Below, one piece after another: positions 25,901 through 39,400 of a stretch of DNA of 64,000 bases (position 1 is its first letter; each line of letters begins with the position of its first letter). The stretch lies in the NCBI GenBank assembly GCA_964106915.2, contig OZ066920.1, one strand, 5' to 3'. This DNA is from Podarcis gaigeae (Eukaryota). A program made the translations under genes and the position numbers. Below the pieces are notes generated by a model. It ran no database searches and was not told the origin of the DNA. It worked only from the letters and a program-made list of their open reading frames with translations.

Positions 25901-27180
25901 AACGTGTTTGGGGAAATAATGTGGAGAGTCCCTTAGCTCCTTAAAATGTGTTCTTTGGCTGCAATCCTAAGCACACTTACCTAGGCATTAACTCCACTGG
26001 ACACAATGTTGTGCTTTTCAAGTGAACAATGCAAGAAACCAGCTTTCAGTCTTTATCATGAACTACTTTATGACTTTCTGTCCGCATCAGGTGCAGTAGT
26101 TGATCAAGATGCCTTGGTAGAAGCGCTCAAAAATGGAGTTATTAAGGCTGCAGCTTTAGATGTGACTCACCCTGAACCATTGCCAAGGTAAAATATTACC
26201 AAAAAAAACACACCTTTGCTGTTGTTGTTTTAGTCCTGACATGGAATAATTATTATTCATTGGTCCAAAACTTCAACATTAAGGCATAGATGATCATGAT
26301 TTGCCTCTGTTGCCGCCTCCTTAGTGCTTGATGTGTTCAGAAACCTGTGTGCATGGATAGTCATAAATATGCCTTCCTCTGAAGTCATTTTGCCATTTCT
26401 TCTGACTGACCAGAGTCTCAGAGTATTTGGATTTAAACAAACTGAAGTAACACAAGAAATCATGATGGTAGAGGTATTAAATATAACCCATTACAATAGC
26501 ATTTGTGTTCAGGGCTGAGATAGCAATCTGTCCCTTGTCCCGAGGTCCCAAATGCTTTTCCTTTGCCATCTAACGCTTTGAAACAAAACAACCTTCAGAT
26601 TGTATAGTAGACGGCAAAATTTGTTTTGCTGCTTTAATTCATTTTCACTCAAACCTATACCGTGCATTTGAGATGCAAAAAATTTGCAGAATTGTAAGGG
26701 GGAGTTCTTGTTCTAAGCCTATAACATAGACTGCATCGTTCTAAGCTTTCTATCTAACAGTACTGCCATACAAACAAGTTTATGGGTGATGAGAAATTTG
26801 ATTCACAGCGCCAGTCACTCAAAAGCAGATCTTCATAGGGCTAACTCCTATAATGATTTAGTAGATCACACTTAATGATTGTGACCTACACAGTGTATAG
26901 AAGACAGCTCAGTGGAAGCTAACTTACCATTTCCCCCCATTTGGAGTCTTTTTCAGTGCAGTCATATAGCACTGTGGCCTGTGCCAGATGACTTCTGATT
27001 TTTCTGTTATGGCTTCTTTGCAGGGATCACCCATTATTGCAACTGAAGAATGTTATTATAACTCCTCACATTGGAACTGCAACTGTGCAAGCCCTGCTTA
27101 TGATGACAGAAGAAGCAGTGGAAAATATACAGGCTGTTCTCAATGACCTCCCCATTCCTAGTGAAGTGATTCCCCAATAG
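19612..27180 (+). CDS. D-isomer-specific 2-hydroxyacid dehydrogenase (glyoxylate/hydroxypyruvate reductase / 2-ketogluconate reductase-like), copy 1
   Basis: Core exons 22594-22978 (ATG 22597), 23637-23808, 25268-25446, 26091-26187, 27024-27180 give 328 aa from the internal ATG; probable in-frame first exon 19612-19644 (MGTSPLQKERE) gives 340 aa. Motifs VTNTP, GIIGMGSIG (Rossmann), HNRNRR, INICRG, LDVTHPEP, TPHIG; AATAAA at 27339. Confidence 0.9.
25007..25232. mobile_element. Tc1/mariner-type MITE (226 bp)
   Basis: ta-cagtggtacctc...gaggtaccactg-ta; same length as, and highly similar to, 33280-33505. Confidence 0.85.
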
Positions 27181-29878
27181 TTTGATGGAGAACATTAATA
27201 ATCAATGGCTGGTCAGCAAAAGGACATTAACCGCTAAGTAACAATGGAGAATGAAAATCAAAACTCGTGCCACGTAGTTTTCATTTATGGCCTCCCATAC
27301 TGTAACTATTTTCTGTAATCTTAAGTAAAAGAACTACTAATAAATGTTGCTCCAAGGCTTTTGAGCCCAACAGCTGACTTTCTGATTCTTCCAGCCCTTT
27401 ATTTGTACAAACAGATATTCACTGCAGCCTACATTTTCAAATCAAATGGAAACTGGTTTGAGGGAAAGCACTAGGATTCTTCAAGTAGCTTTAGGATAGT
27501 GTTGAAAACAACTCTGTCACGTGAGAGATTTCACGGGTGCCATTTGCTTACCCAATGGAGACTGGTGTCTTTAGGATATAAGGTTTTAGTTGCACATATA
27601 TAAAACTTGAGTATAGGAAGGAGGGGCTCACACTGCAGCACATCTTGCTTCCCATTAGGAAGAGTATCCACACCCAGCTGTTCCTGGCAAAATGACAAAC
27701 TTCCATCATGCAGAAGGAGGGTGCTTAAGAGGGCCAGCTAGGTCATCAGCTTAAGAAAGAAACTGGTTTGAACAATCCAGCAGTTCCTTCTACTACATGC
27801 CCCATCTTATAGATACAAAACTGCAGGCTTGGTGGAGACCCAAAGGTGTAATCCAACCCAACCTCCCAATCCTAGAAAAATAGATATGAATTGTGACTGT
27901 CATGGGTACCCTATTCCAAACACCAACAGTGGGAGCATCCTGGAGCCATAGAAAATACAGATGTGCGTGCAGCCTCAGCCACTTTCAAAAATAAAATAAT
28001 ACATAATATCAAGTGGGGTTGTAATACCAAATTCAACTGTAACTGAATAAGAGGCTGCTTGGTGTTCTGTTGGACATACTGAAGGGGTACAGTTAGGGTT
28101 ACCCTAGAAAGCCCTAAAAAAACTGCTTGTGAATTCCCCCCCCCCCCCAGCCAGGCCTCGGCGTACGCATTTTAAAAACTGCATTTCCCTCTAAGACAAA
28201 AAGCATGAGCTAAGCAGTCCTCTCTGTAGCAAAAACGCTGTAACAAACCCATAGCTGAGAACAGTAAAGCTTTTCGCTTCCCAGATCCAAGATAACCTTG
28301 TCCTGGTACATTGATTTGCAACATACTTCCGAGAACAGAGCCAGAGAACGAAAAGCAACATTTCTATGCAAGAATCTGTGAAGGGGGAGAGGAAAAAAGG
28401 GGTTTGAAAAAAGGATAAAACCTGCTTGTAAAATGTTTTTGGTGCGGCCTGTCTTTTGTGAACTGAATCACACAGGTGCCTCTGCCCCCCCCCCCCCGGG
28501 ATGGCAGAATAAAACGCTCTTTCTCTGGATTAACCCCTTGGTGTTGTGTGGCTCCTTTTGTCTCTGCTCGGGTGCAACAATTATTCCTACCCATGGATTA
28601 AAAAGGCTACAATACCATGTACAGGTTCAGCTTCTGTACCCTTAAAAATGTGAACTGTCCCAAACAGCACTGTTATATCTTGTCCTACATGTGCCATTTG
28701 CATGAGGAAGATGACACTCCCCAATATGCTGCAGTAGCCATCTTGTTTTCCCTTGCATTTTTGGTTTCCCAAGAGAACTACTGACCACTGTTGGCTACCC
28801 CTGCTTTTGAATGTCTCACGTCAAGCAAAAGCGGAATCTATTCATGGCATAACTGAGAAGAGTGCAAAAAAGTGGTTGGGGTTTTTTTACATACTAAAGC
28901 AAAGTGATTGGATTGTACCCAATGCTATATAAGAGGAGTTCAACTTGAGCAACACCACATTCCCTACGTCTCCCTTGCAGCCCCCTCATGTGTCTCCAGA
29001 CTCTGCTCTGGGGGGTCCCTCAATGCTATGGAGCAGATTTTGAGTTAGGGGTGCCGCAGGGGAGAGGAGTGGGAAGCAAGTGGAAGTCTGCTGTGCAAGT
29101 GGAACAGCGGTGCTGGATGCAACCTGTTATTTGCATTTGAAAACATTTCTTTATATTATTAAGACAATGTTGAGGTTATAATCAAATAAAGAAGTGCATT
29201 GTGGTTGAGTCAGATTTAGCAAACAATGTATTTGGAGTGGTGTTTTTTTAAAGAAAGAATATGCCAAAGTTCTCTCTGTTGATTTACTAGTAGAGAATTG
29301 TGCATATCTTTAACGCTCATGGATTGAACTTTGTTGGATAATTAAATATGTTTAAATTAGTTTGGATTATACCCATTCTTGGCAAGCAAAATGGCTTACA
29401 AAGTAACTTGATAAATTCCAGTGTTCAAAGTTCAGCAGTGCTGAGATTTGCATGCTACTATTTCAAGACATCCTTTCGATGAGCACAGCTTCACAACCGG
29501 TATTGTGTTAATTTTTGAAGTTTCCTTTTCTCTTGAAATAATTGCTTCACAGATAATCAACCACACAGAGGTTTTCTTGCAATCAAGCGGTATATACATT
29601 TTGTTAAATAAATAAAATAAACAGGAATGAGTTTATGAGTGCTATCGTACAAGTCTGGAAATTTAAGGATCAGGCTTTGTGAAGTTTGATTTTAAGAGAT
29701 TCAGAAGAGACAGGTTTACATCTTTCTGACCATGTTGGTCTTCCACCAGTTCTTTGTATACTGTATGTCTTGCATGTTGTATCACAAGGAAGGAAAATAA
29801 TCCAGTATTTTGTGGCGTGGTTTGATTGTTTCTCTATGCTTTTCAGAAAACTAGTTGTCTCCCATCCTTTCAAAGATC

Positions 29879-32800
29879 ATGCAAGATTCCAAGTTGCCTG
29901 TCTTACTGATCAATGAAGTAGGTGGCACCCTGGGAGTCCTAGAAGCGCACGTGCCGTTTCTGAAGAAACACTTTCAACTTATCACCATGAAGGAATTCCT
30001 CGAAAGCAAAGAATACTATCGTGCTCAAGTCCAAGCTATTTACTCGTGGTGGCATAAGCCAGTCATCGACAGTGAGCTATTGAAAAGTCTGCCTAACTTA
30101 AAAGTGATTTCAAGTGCAGGAGTGGGTACCGATCACCTGGATTTGAAGCTGATCTCTGGGTTTGGAGTTAGAATCGCCAACACTCCTCATGCTGTCCACA
30201 GCACTACAGCAGACATTGGCATGGCCCTGCTGCTGGCAGCTGCCCGAAGACTCGTAGAAGGTAACACTGACAATACTGTACACATTTCTTTACAGTTACC
30301 CTTGTCTCATTTTCCCGAGCAGTGAGAGGTTCCAGGGCGGAGCACTTATCCAGATTTGATTCCCTTTGGAAGGAGGTAAATTGAGGCTGTTGTCAGGGAT
30401 GAGGAGTCAGATTATTATTCAGGTGATGGAGCGGAGGACTCCAAAACAGAGGACATGTATGGCCAGACCCAGAAGTGCTGCTACACAGTGAGCTCATGGA
30501 GTCAACATAAGCCTGGCCAGAGGAAGTGGCGCTGTCATCCTCTGACTTGGAAGACTCCATGGAAAGTGACGTGCAACCAGAGTCTCCCACGTTCTGTTGC
30601 AGGAAGAGATTAATGCTGAGAGCTAGGCCTCTTTAAGCAAAGCAGCACCTTGCAGTATGGGTGAGGCTCACAATGGGGAGGTATCAATCCTGCTGATATA
30701 CAGGAAAGAAGCTCGCTTTGTTCTTTGCTGAAACAACATACAGTAGGAGCTTTCTGTTCAAAGAGTACAGCCTGAGCCTCTGCCTTCAACCTGAACCCTT
30801 TTCTACCTAGTATTGTGTCAGGTTGCCCTGTATCCTACCTGTTTGTGTATATGAAATTTTGCATGCAATATGACTTTTGTTACGATCTAAACAAATAATT
30901 TAACACTGATGTATAATGAAAAACCACCAATTTACAGCCTCAACTGAATAACTCAGATTTCTTACAAAAAAACACCTTCCCCCCCCCCTAGAATTCTGTT
31001 TTTAATGAACACCCCTTCTCCACCCGCCACCCCTTATTTTGTCATTTTGCAGGTTGCCAGATTGCTGTTTCCCCTGACACAGACTATTTCTCTAATAACT
31101 GGTTAGGAGAGGAAGTCACTGGGGCAACTCTGGGTATCATTGGAATGGGAAGCATTGGGTATAAAATTGCTCAGAGAGCCAGAGCTTTTGAGATGAAAAT
31201 TCTTTATCATAACAGGAACAGAAGGTAAAAATACACAGTTTGATCCCATACAAAATCGAGTGTATCTTCACCTCTAAAGCTGTTTTACCCGCCAAATCTT
31301 TGTGCATGGGTATAGACAAAGATCAGCTGGTCTTCAGACGTGAACAAACACAGTTGTACTTTTCAACTTATATTTCTGCTTAATGTGATGAAGAGAGGCC
31401 AGCCTATCGTGCTTAGAAAAGGCGAGCCATCCGGTGAGAAAAAGATAAGGATAAATAAGGGCCATTTCACACAATCAAATTTCAATTCTTAGTAAATGAG
31501 AAAACTGGCTAAGTAGCTTGTTCCAGCATTCACCCAAATCCTATGAAAATATGTGAAGTCTTCCTGCTAGTCTTCCAACCCTCCCACTTTTTTCTACAAG
31601 AGAGCCATGATTTAAGGTTGATATTCATCCTGAGTGATGTCTGAATTTGGCTTTTGCTGTGTTCCGTTTCATCCTCACTCTGGTTTTTGAAGCTGTTGCT
31701 TTGCTAGGGAGAAAACTAGATACTACAAAAGCCACAAGACTGCTGAAAAGAGCCAGAGGCAAAGCTCTCTTCTTCCCTTCCGTAACACATTGTGGAACTT
31801 ACCTGTAGTTCTCCTGCACTTCAAATCAGGATATTAAAAGAACTTAACCTCATCATGATGGAGGGAGGGAGAAGCTCTACTACATGTGGTTGCCATTTTT
31901 GGTGTGTGTTTAAATAATGTCAGAGTTTGCTAGGAAAAAGTATGCAGCTCAGCTCATTTTTATGCTAATTTAGATGGTTTTATTAAATTTCAGTGGCTTG
32001 ATTGTAATATTTAGGTTTTTCAGCTTTGAAAAAAGTATTTAAATCTTCTTAATTTCTTTGCTAGAAAGATAAATATCAATATAATATACAGGGGAGATTG
32101 GAACATTATTCTGATCTACTGTGTAGCCTTAAACTTAAACACCCCTTGTTCTACAAGGGATCTGCACATTTGTGAATTCCACCCCCCCCCCAAGAACTAG
32201 CACTCGTTAAACAGATCATCCTTGTTGTTGTTTTTTGTCAGGAAAGACGATGAAGAACAGGCTGTGGGTGCCTGCTATTGTGGGGCAATAGAAGACTTGC
32301 TCCAGCAGTCAGATTTTGTGATGCTGGTTGTAAATCTGACACCTCGGACGTACAAACTGATTGGGAAAAAAGAGCTGCAGCTGATGAAACCCACAGCTAG
32401 TCTTATAAATATCTCTAGAGGTAGGTCATAAAGAGCTGCTTGAAGAAAAATATTGAGTGTTAGGACTTCAAAGCACAGCACTGTCTGAAAGTCCCTTTGC
32501 AAAAAGGCTTTCAAGCAGCCCAGTGTTCCCCTTTTGAGGAGTTGCTTTTTGAAGAAGCCCTGCATTCTTTATCACAACATGTGAATCTGTGCTCAGCTTA
32601 ACATCGTAGTTTGTTTGGAGAGAAACAAACTACGAGTGTTGGCTCACAAATTGTGTTATACCAAGGCTCATGGTCTGTCGCTCCCAGCTTGATGAATGGA
32701 GGTATGTAATGAGATCGGTTCAGCAGCATGTACTTATGTTCTCCTTAACTCGGAAGGTGGTGGTCTCTCCTTCATTGGAGCTTTTTTAAAAGAGGCTGGA

Positions 32801-35074
32801 TGGCCGTCTGTCATGGATGCTTTAGTTGTGATCCCTGCATTGAAGAGAATTAGACTAGAGGATCCTCGGGTGCCTTCCAACTCTATGATTCAATGAAACC
32901 ATGCAATGTACCGTTACCCAGCGGTTATCATAAGAACATGATTTCCACACAGGGCAAGTTGTAGACCAAGATATGCTTGTGGAAGCTCTTCAGACTGGTG
33001 TTATTAAAAGTGCCGCTATGGATGTCACTTATCCTGAACCACTGCCCAGGTAAACAACTATGTATTTATCTATTTTAAAAAATGAATGACTATAAGCACA
33101 TTGTAAAGACTGCAGGGAAGCATAGGCGTGACCAGTGCTAAAGTTCAGACTGACATCTCTGCCTTCTTCCACTGTATACTCTGGGAAGTAGCAGGAGAGC
33201 CTATATAGTACACAACATGCTTCCTTTCCAAATTGAAGCCATGAGGCAATGGAAGGACAGTGTGAGCAGGTGTTAAGTACAGTGGTACCTCGGGTTACAT
33301 ACGCTTCAGGTTACAGACTCCGCTAACCCAGAAATAGTACCTCGGGTTAAGAATTTTGCTTCAGGATGAGAACAGAAATCGTGCGCCGGCGGTGCAGCAG
33401 CAGCAGGAGGCCCCATTAGCTAAAGCGGTGCTTCGGGTTAAGAACAGTTTCAGGTTAAGAATGGACCTCCGGAACAAATTAAGTACTTAACCCGAGGTAC
33501 CACTGTAAATGTTTGAGTTAGTGCTGAAACTTTCTTCTGCAGCTGGGATTCCTAACTGCATCTTAAAACATCCCTTGCCGCCCACCAAGGCCCCTGTCCC
33601 TCCCGATTTGTTTAAAAAGTGTCTTTGGCTTTTTTGTTACTGTTTGTTTGGGAGGATTACTTGCTTTTTTTGTGGAGGGGAGTATAGTCTGCTTTTAATC
33701 TTTGTTTTATTTGGGGATTGGGGTGGAGCCTATTTTTGGACGTGCAGTTCTGAGCATGGCCAGTTTTTTGTCTATAAAATGGGAATTTTATGCTGTTCCC
33801 GGGAGTTTGTAGATTTCCGTATGTTCCTCCAGACCAAAAATAGTTGGGGACCCTGCAGTTCGAAGGCAGTCCTATAATTGTAGTGATTATCCCTGCACCA
33901 CAGTTATACAAGCATTATGCCAGTGCATTATAGTTGAGATCCCATGCACCTTTTATCACGCAGATAAAACAGGAAAGGTGGAGTGTTATTCCATTCACAA
34001 CAAGTAGCCAACTCTATTTCTCAGTGCAACATACCTCACACCTACAACCTCTTCCTCCCAAAGACATAGGCTTATGGTCAGTTGTCTGACTGCATAGATA
34101 GCTGACAGAATACTCCACACATGAATGTATGGCATCATTGTGATTGGAGCCAACATTTTGCGAAAGAGTAGGCCATATAGTCCAAGAAGAGGAGGCACTT
34201 CAGCCATGAGTTCTTAATGTACAAGGAGATATCCAGAAGTTTAGTGAGAATGAGCAACGCAATGGGAGACAGAGGGTGGGGTTTTGAGTCGTCTGGGGCT
34301 CCCCACTGATTCCAATGTGAGTGTTTTCATTTTGTTCTGCAGTTATAATTGTGTGCTGGTGCCATGGACGCTACCAGCACCTGAGGTTCTCTCTCCTTCT
34401 ACCTAATGCCCAAACTTCCTCAGTTCATGTTGTTGAATCAGTTAAACATGCATTAAGCAGCACCAACGCAACAGTGGTCCAACACCGATGTAATCTACAA
34501 CACTCGCATGTTTTTGAGCTTCTAACATGTAGGTGGGCTCAGGGGTGACCCACTCTCTAACGGCGAGTGTAAGTCGTGGGTAGGATTGCTCTGTTAATCT
34601 TTTACTTTAGAAATATAAGTTACATAGATCTATAGTGATTTCTTTATATATAACTACACATTAACTATTATACTCTACTAAAGCACCTGTATAATCAGAG
34701 GGAGTAAATATTAACCACAGGGGCTGAAACTGAAGGGTACACTTGCTTATTTTCAAATCATTTGACTTTGGTACATTGCTAGAATATGAATGATGGTCAA
34801 GTCAGATAACTAAAATCCTTCAGACGGTGGATAGCTCTAAGTACTTTTCCTTCATTTGTTTGAATGAATGTCACTTCCTATATTCATAACCAGTCTTTTT
34901 TATCTTCTTCTTTTCAGAGATCATCCATTACTAAAATTAAAAAATGTTATCATAACACCACATGTTGGTATTAAAACACACAAAACTACTTTTATGATAA
35001 CAGAGGAAGCAGTAAGCAATGTATTGGCAGCTCTTAATGGTCTCCCAATGCCCAGTGAAGTGTTTCCTGACTAA
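29879..35074 (+). CDS. D-isomer-specific 2-hydroxyacid dehydrogenase (glyoxylate/hydroxypyruvate reductase / 2-ketogluconate reductase-like), copy 2 (328 aa)
   Basis: Exons 29879-30260, 31053-31224, 32242-32420, 32953-33049, 34918-35074; all GT-AG, open frame; motifs GIIGMGSIG, HNRNRR, INISRG, MDVTYPEP, TPHVG; AATAAA near 35398-35412. Confidence 0.9.
32750..32896 (+). mobile_element. CR1 LINE 3' end fragment
   Basis: gaggctggatggcc...cctgcattg...gactagaggatcct...ccttccaactctatgattc CR1-type terminus. Confidence 0.65.
33280..33505. mobile_element. Tc1/mariner-type MITE (226 bp)
   Basis: ta-cagtggtacctcggg...cccgaggtaccactg-ta. Confidence 0.85.
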
Positions 35075-36487
35075 ACTTGCGGGCTGTCATCTAATTTAGC
35101 AACATAGAACTATTCTACATTTTTCTCTAGTGCAAGAAACATATTGACAGATGTATAAATTCAATCTGAATCTCATGCCTCATGCAGCTGTGTTTGTTCT
35201 GGACTGAAGACACAAAACAAGCCAACAGGAGATTTCATATTTTGTTAACTCCTCATCATAGTTATAGCAGATAATGTCCTTTGTTACCATTTCACACAAT
35301 TAAATTTCAAACAGTGCTTGCTCATTAATATGAAAAACTGTTGTGAAAATTTCTATGCTTGTATTTTAAATATTATATACAATATTTATAACAAAGAAAT
35401 AAAAATAATAAATGTGCTTTGAAATTTGCAAGTGAGTTACTACTTTCACAATAATTTGTAGCCAAACCGAGCTTTGCTACCTGGTAATCAATTAAAAAAT
35501 TGGAAACTCTGCCTGATTGCCATTTCAAAGTAAACTTCTTCTAAAAGGTTTAAAATGAAGTACCACCACCACGACTTTAAAAGTTATAAATTGGATAATT
35601 TAATATCTTGGTGACAGTTCTTCCAGCCCTTTTATTTTGTCAAATCGCCCCTCAAAAACTAAGTTTTCTGTGAGGGCTTTGGCACAACTCGCTTGTTCCA
35701 TGCTACCCTAACTAAGCCTCCTACACTGTAATTGGAAATGTTTGCACTTCATTTCTCTACCCTAGCCAGTGGGAGCAGCAAACCATGCAAAACAGGGAAT
35801 ATTTGAAAGACTGAACATGTGACCTCTGTTGAGAATAGGTTTATCAATGGCTGCTAGTTACGATGGCTATAGACAGCCATCAGTCCCTGCATGTAAAGCA
35901 CATTTCAGGTAACATTTTTTTAATGCTAAGAACCTCAAAGAAAATAATAAAGTTGAAACATAGATTTTTCTTTTCATTTGTTGGGGGGCAGGGAAGAGTA
36001 GGTGTTTTTGTGACCAACATCAACATGCTCAAGCAACCTAAGTTTTATTGCCTTAAACTCATGTGATTTTGTTCCTAACATAAAATTTATTGCCAGTTCA
36101 TTTTTTTTTATTTTTTTTTTAAACATTTTTTATTGCTTTTTAGAAATACAGAAAAAAGAATAAAGGGTGGTTATAAGAAGATAGGGTATAAGTAACAAGT
36201 TTCCATATTCTTTTTCCATCTATTCTATAGAACTTCCCCACATCCTCCGAACCCTGCGTTCTCTGTCTTATAAAGCATCAGCAATTTGTTAACTTATTTC
36301 AAAACTTATTGTAACTTCCATTTTATCATGTTCCCTATTTTCAATTTTACTGTAGCTCAATTCTTATATGTTTTATATTAAACACAATAAAGTTATTTCA
36401 TTATTTTACCTCTGAATTCTTGTGTCTTAATTTTCATTTCATTAACTTACATTTGCTGAAGCTAGAATTTCCTGAAAGGTGCATTTT

Positions 36488-39400
36488 TTAACATTCATAC
36501 AGCTTATAATGTTTTTTCAAATAGTCCTTAAACTTTTCCCAGTCCTCCTCAGTTGTTTCTTCTCCCACGTCTCGGATTCTGCCAGTCATTTCAGCCAGCT
36601 CCATATAGTCCATCAACTGCGACTGCCATTCCTCCAGCGTGGGCAAATCTTGTGTCTTCCAATATTTTGCAATCAGGATCCTTGCTGCTGTGGTAGCATA
36701 CATAAAAAAGGTTCTGTCCTTCTTAAGCACTCTCTGATCCACCATGCCCAGGAGGAAGGCCTCTGGTTTCTTGGGTAAGGTAAATCTAAGTACCTTTTTT
36801 AGTTCATTATGGATCATTTCCCAGAAGGCCTTCACTTTCGGGCAGGTCCACCAGAGATGAAAGAATGTCCCTTCCGCCTCTCCACATTTCCAACATTTGT
36901 TGTCAGACAGATGATATATCTTGGCTAACTTGACTGGGGTCATGTACCACCGGTATACCATTTTCATAATATTTTCCTTCAAGGCAGTGCAAGCCGTGAA
37001 TTTCAAACCGGTGTTCCATAACCTTTCCCAGTCTGCAAACATAATGTTATGCCCCACATCCTGAGCCCATTTTATCATGGCGGATTTGACTGTCTCATCC
37101 TGTGTATTCCACTTAAGCAGCAAGTTATACATTCTCGAAAGTAGCTTACTTTTTGGCTCTAACAATTCAATCTCCAGTTTCGATTTTTCCACCTGGAATC
37201 CAACTTTTTTATCTATTTTAAATACCTCTTGAATTTGCGCATAGTGCAGCCAATCTCGTACCTTAGTTTTCAATTTCTCCAAACTTAGCAGCCTCCAATT
37301 GTCTCCAGTTTTTTCAATTATTTCCCAATATTTAGGCCAATGGGCCTCCATGTTGGGTCTCTTACGTGCCTTGGCCTCCACCGGTGAGAGCCACCTCGGA
37401 GTTTTACTCTCCAATAAGTCTTTGTATTTTATCCAGACCCTCCAAATTGCTCTTCTAACAATATGGTTTTTAAACAATTTGTGCACTTTAACCTTGTCAT
37501 ACCACAAATATGCATGCCACCCAAACGCATTGTCAAACCCTTCCAGATCCAGGACGTCAGTGTTCTCCAATAAAATCCAATCTTTCAACCAGCAGAAGGC
37601 TGCAGATTCATAATATAGCCTCAAGTCTGGCAGGGCAAATCCCCCTCTTTCTTTCGCATCAGTTAATATCTTAAACTTTATTCGGGGCTTTTTGCCCTGC
37701 CAAACGAACTTAGAGATATCCTTCTGCCACTTTCCAAAACATTCCACCTTGTCCACGATCTGTAGGGCCTGAAACAAAAATAACATTTTCGGCAATACAT
37801 TCATCTTTACAGCAGCTATTCGGCCTAACAAGGAGAGTTTCAATCTTGACCATATTTCCAAGTCTCTTTTAATTTCTGACCAACATTTCTCATAGTTATC
37901 TTTAAACAAATTCAAATTTTTGGAGGTCAAGTACACCCCTAGGTATTTTACCTTTTTAACCACATTCAGCTCCATTTCTTTGGAGAACTCATCTGTTTCT
38001 GTAACTGTCAAATTTTTTGCTAAAACCTTAGTTTTTTGCTTATTTAACTTAAACCCCGCCACCCGACCAAAATCAGAAATTAATTCTAACACTCTTTTAG
38101 TGCTGGAGACTGGTTCCTGAAGTGTTAATACCAAGTCGTCTGCAAATGCTTTCAATTTATATTGTTTCACTCCGACCTCGATTCCCTGAACCAACCGGTC
38201 CTTTCTAATCATATTTAGCAACACCTCCAGAACCGAAATAAACAATAGGGGGGATAGAGGGCACCCCTGTCGTGTCCCTTTTTCAATATTAAACTCCTCT
38301 GTCACCACATTGTTTACTATCAATTTAGCTTTTTGTTCTGTATAGATTGCTTCTATACCATTTTCGAACCCCCGCCCCACTCCCATCCCTTCCAAATTTT
38401 TCTTCATAAACATCCAAGAAATATTATCAAAGGCCTTCTCTGCATCAACAAAGATCAAAACCGCTCTCGTGTTCAGATTTGTTTGTAGAAGTTCTAAAAT
38501 GTCAATGATGTTTCTTGTGTTATCAAACAAATGCCTACCAGGGAGAAAGCCAGCCTGGTCCTTGTGAATCACTTCATTTAGTACTTTTTTAAGTCTATTT
38601 GCCAAGATATCAGCAAAAATTTTGTAATCCACATTTAGGAGTGAAATGGGGCGGTAGTTCTTAAGTTGGGTCTTTTCAGTCTCTGATTTAGGTATCAATG
38701 TGATGAAAGCTTCTTTCCACGTTTCCGGTGCCCTCCTTCCCTCCATTATCTGGTTACAAACCTCCATCAAAGGTTGTATCAAATCGTCCTTTAAAACTTT
38801 ATAGTATTTGGAGGTTAAGCCATCCGGGCCTGGAGACTTGCCAAGTTGAAGATTTTGAATGGCACTTTCAATTTCTTGCAGTGTAATGTTACAGTTCAGG
38901 TTTGTTCTCATTTCCAGGGGTATTTTTTGTAATCCATTAGTTTTAAGAAATTGATCTACCTCTGGGGCTTTTTGCGGCCCTTGTGTATAAAGTTCTTTGA
39001 AGTACCTCTGGAAGCACTTTCTGATTTCCTCGGGTTTCTGAACCATTCTCCCTTCGATCTCTAGATTTGTAACCGTATTAAGCTTTTGTCTCTTTTTCAA
39101 CTGCCAGGCTAGCAGTTTCCCACACTTATTCGCCGATTCGAAGGATCTTTGTTTCATTTGTTTAATTTTCCATTCCACCTCTTGGTTTATCAATTTTGAA
39201 TATTGCGCCTGGAAAAATTTCACTTCTCTTAACACATCCTTCGACTTAGGCCTAGATCTTAATTTTTTCTCTCCTTCTCTTATTTTCTCCAATATCTTCT
39301 CCTTCTTTTCATTCCAGAGCCTTTTCTTAATTGTGTTTTGTTGTATTAGAAACCCTCTCATAACTGCCTTACTTGCGTCCCAGATTGTTCTTTTTTCCAC

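Noticed and set aside
30391-30830. Possible solo LTR in copy 2 intron 1
   Set aside because: Starts TGTCAGGG and differs in composition, but the 3' boundary and TSD could not be established
37299-38120. Antisense ORFs within L1 ORF2
   Set aside because: Short shadows of the coding strand with no independent features
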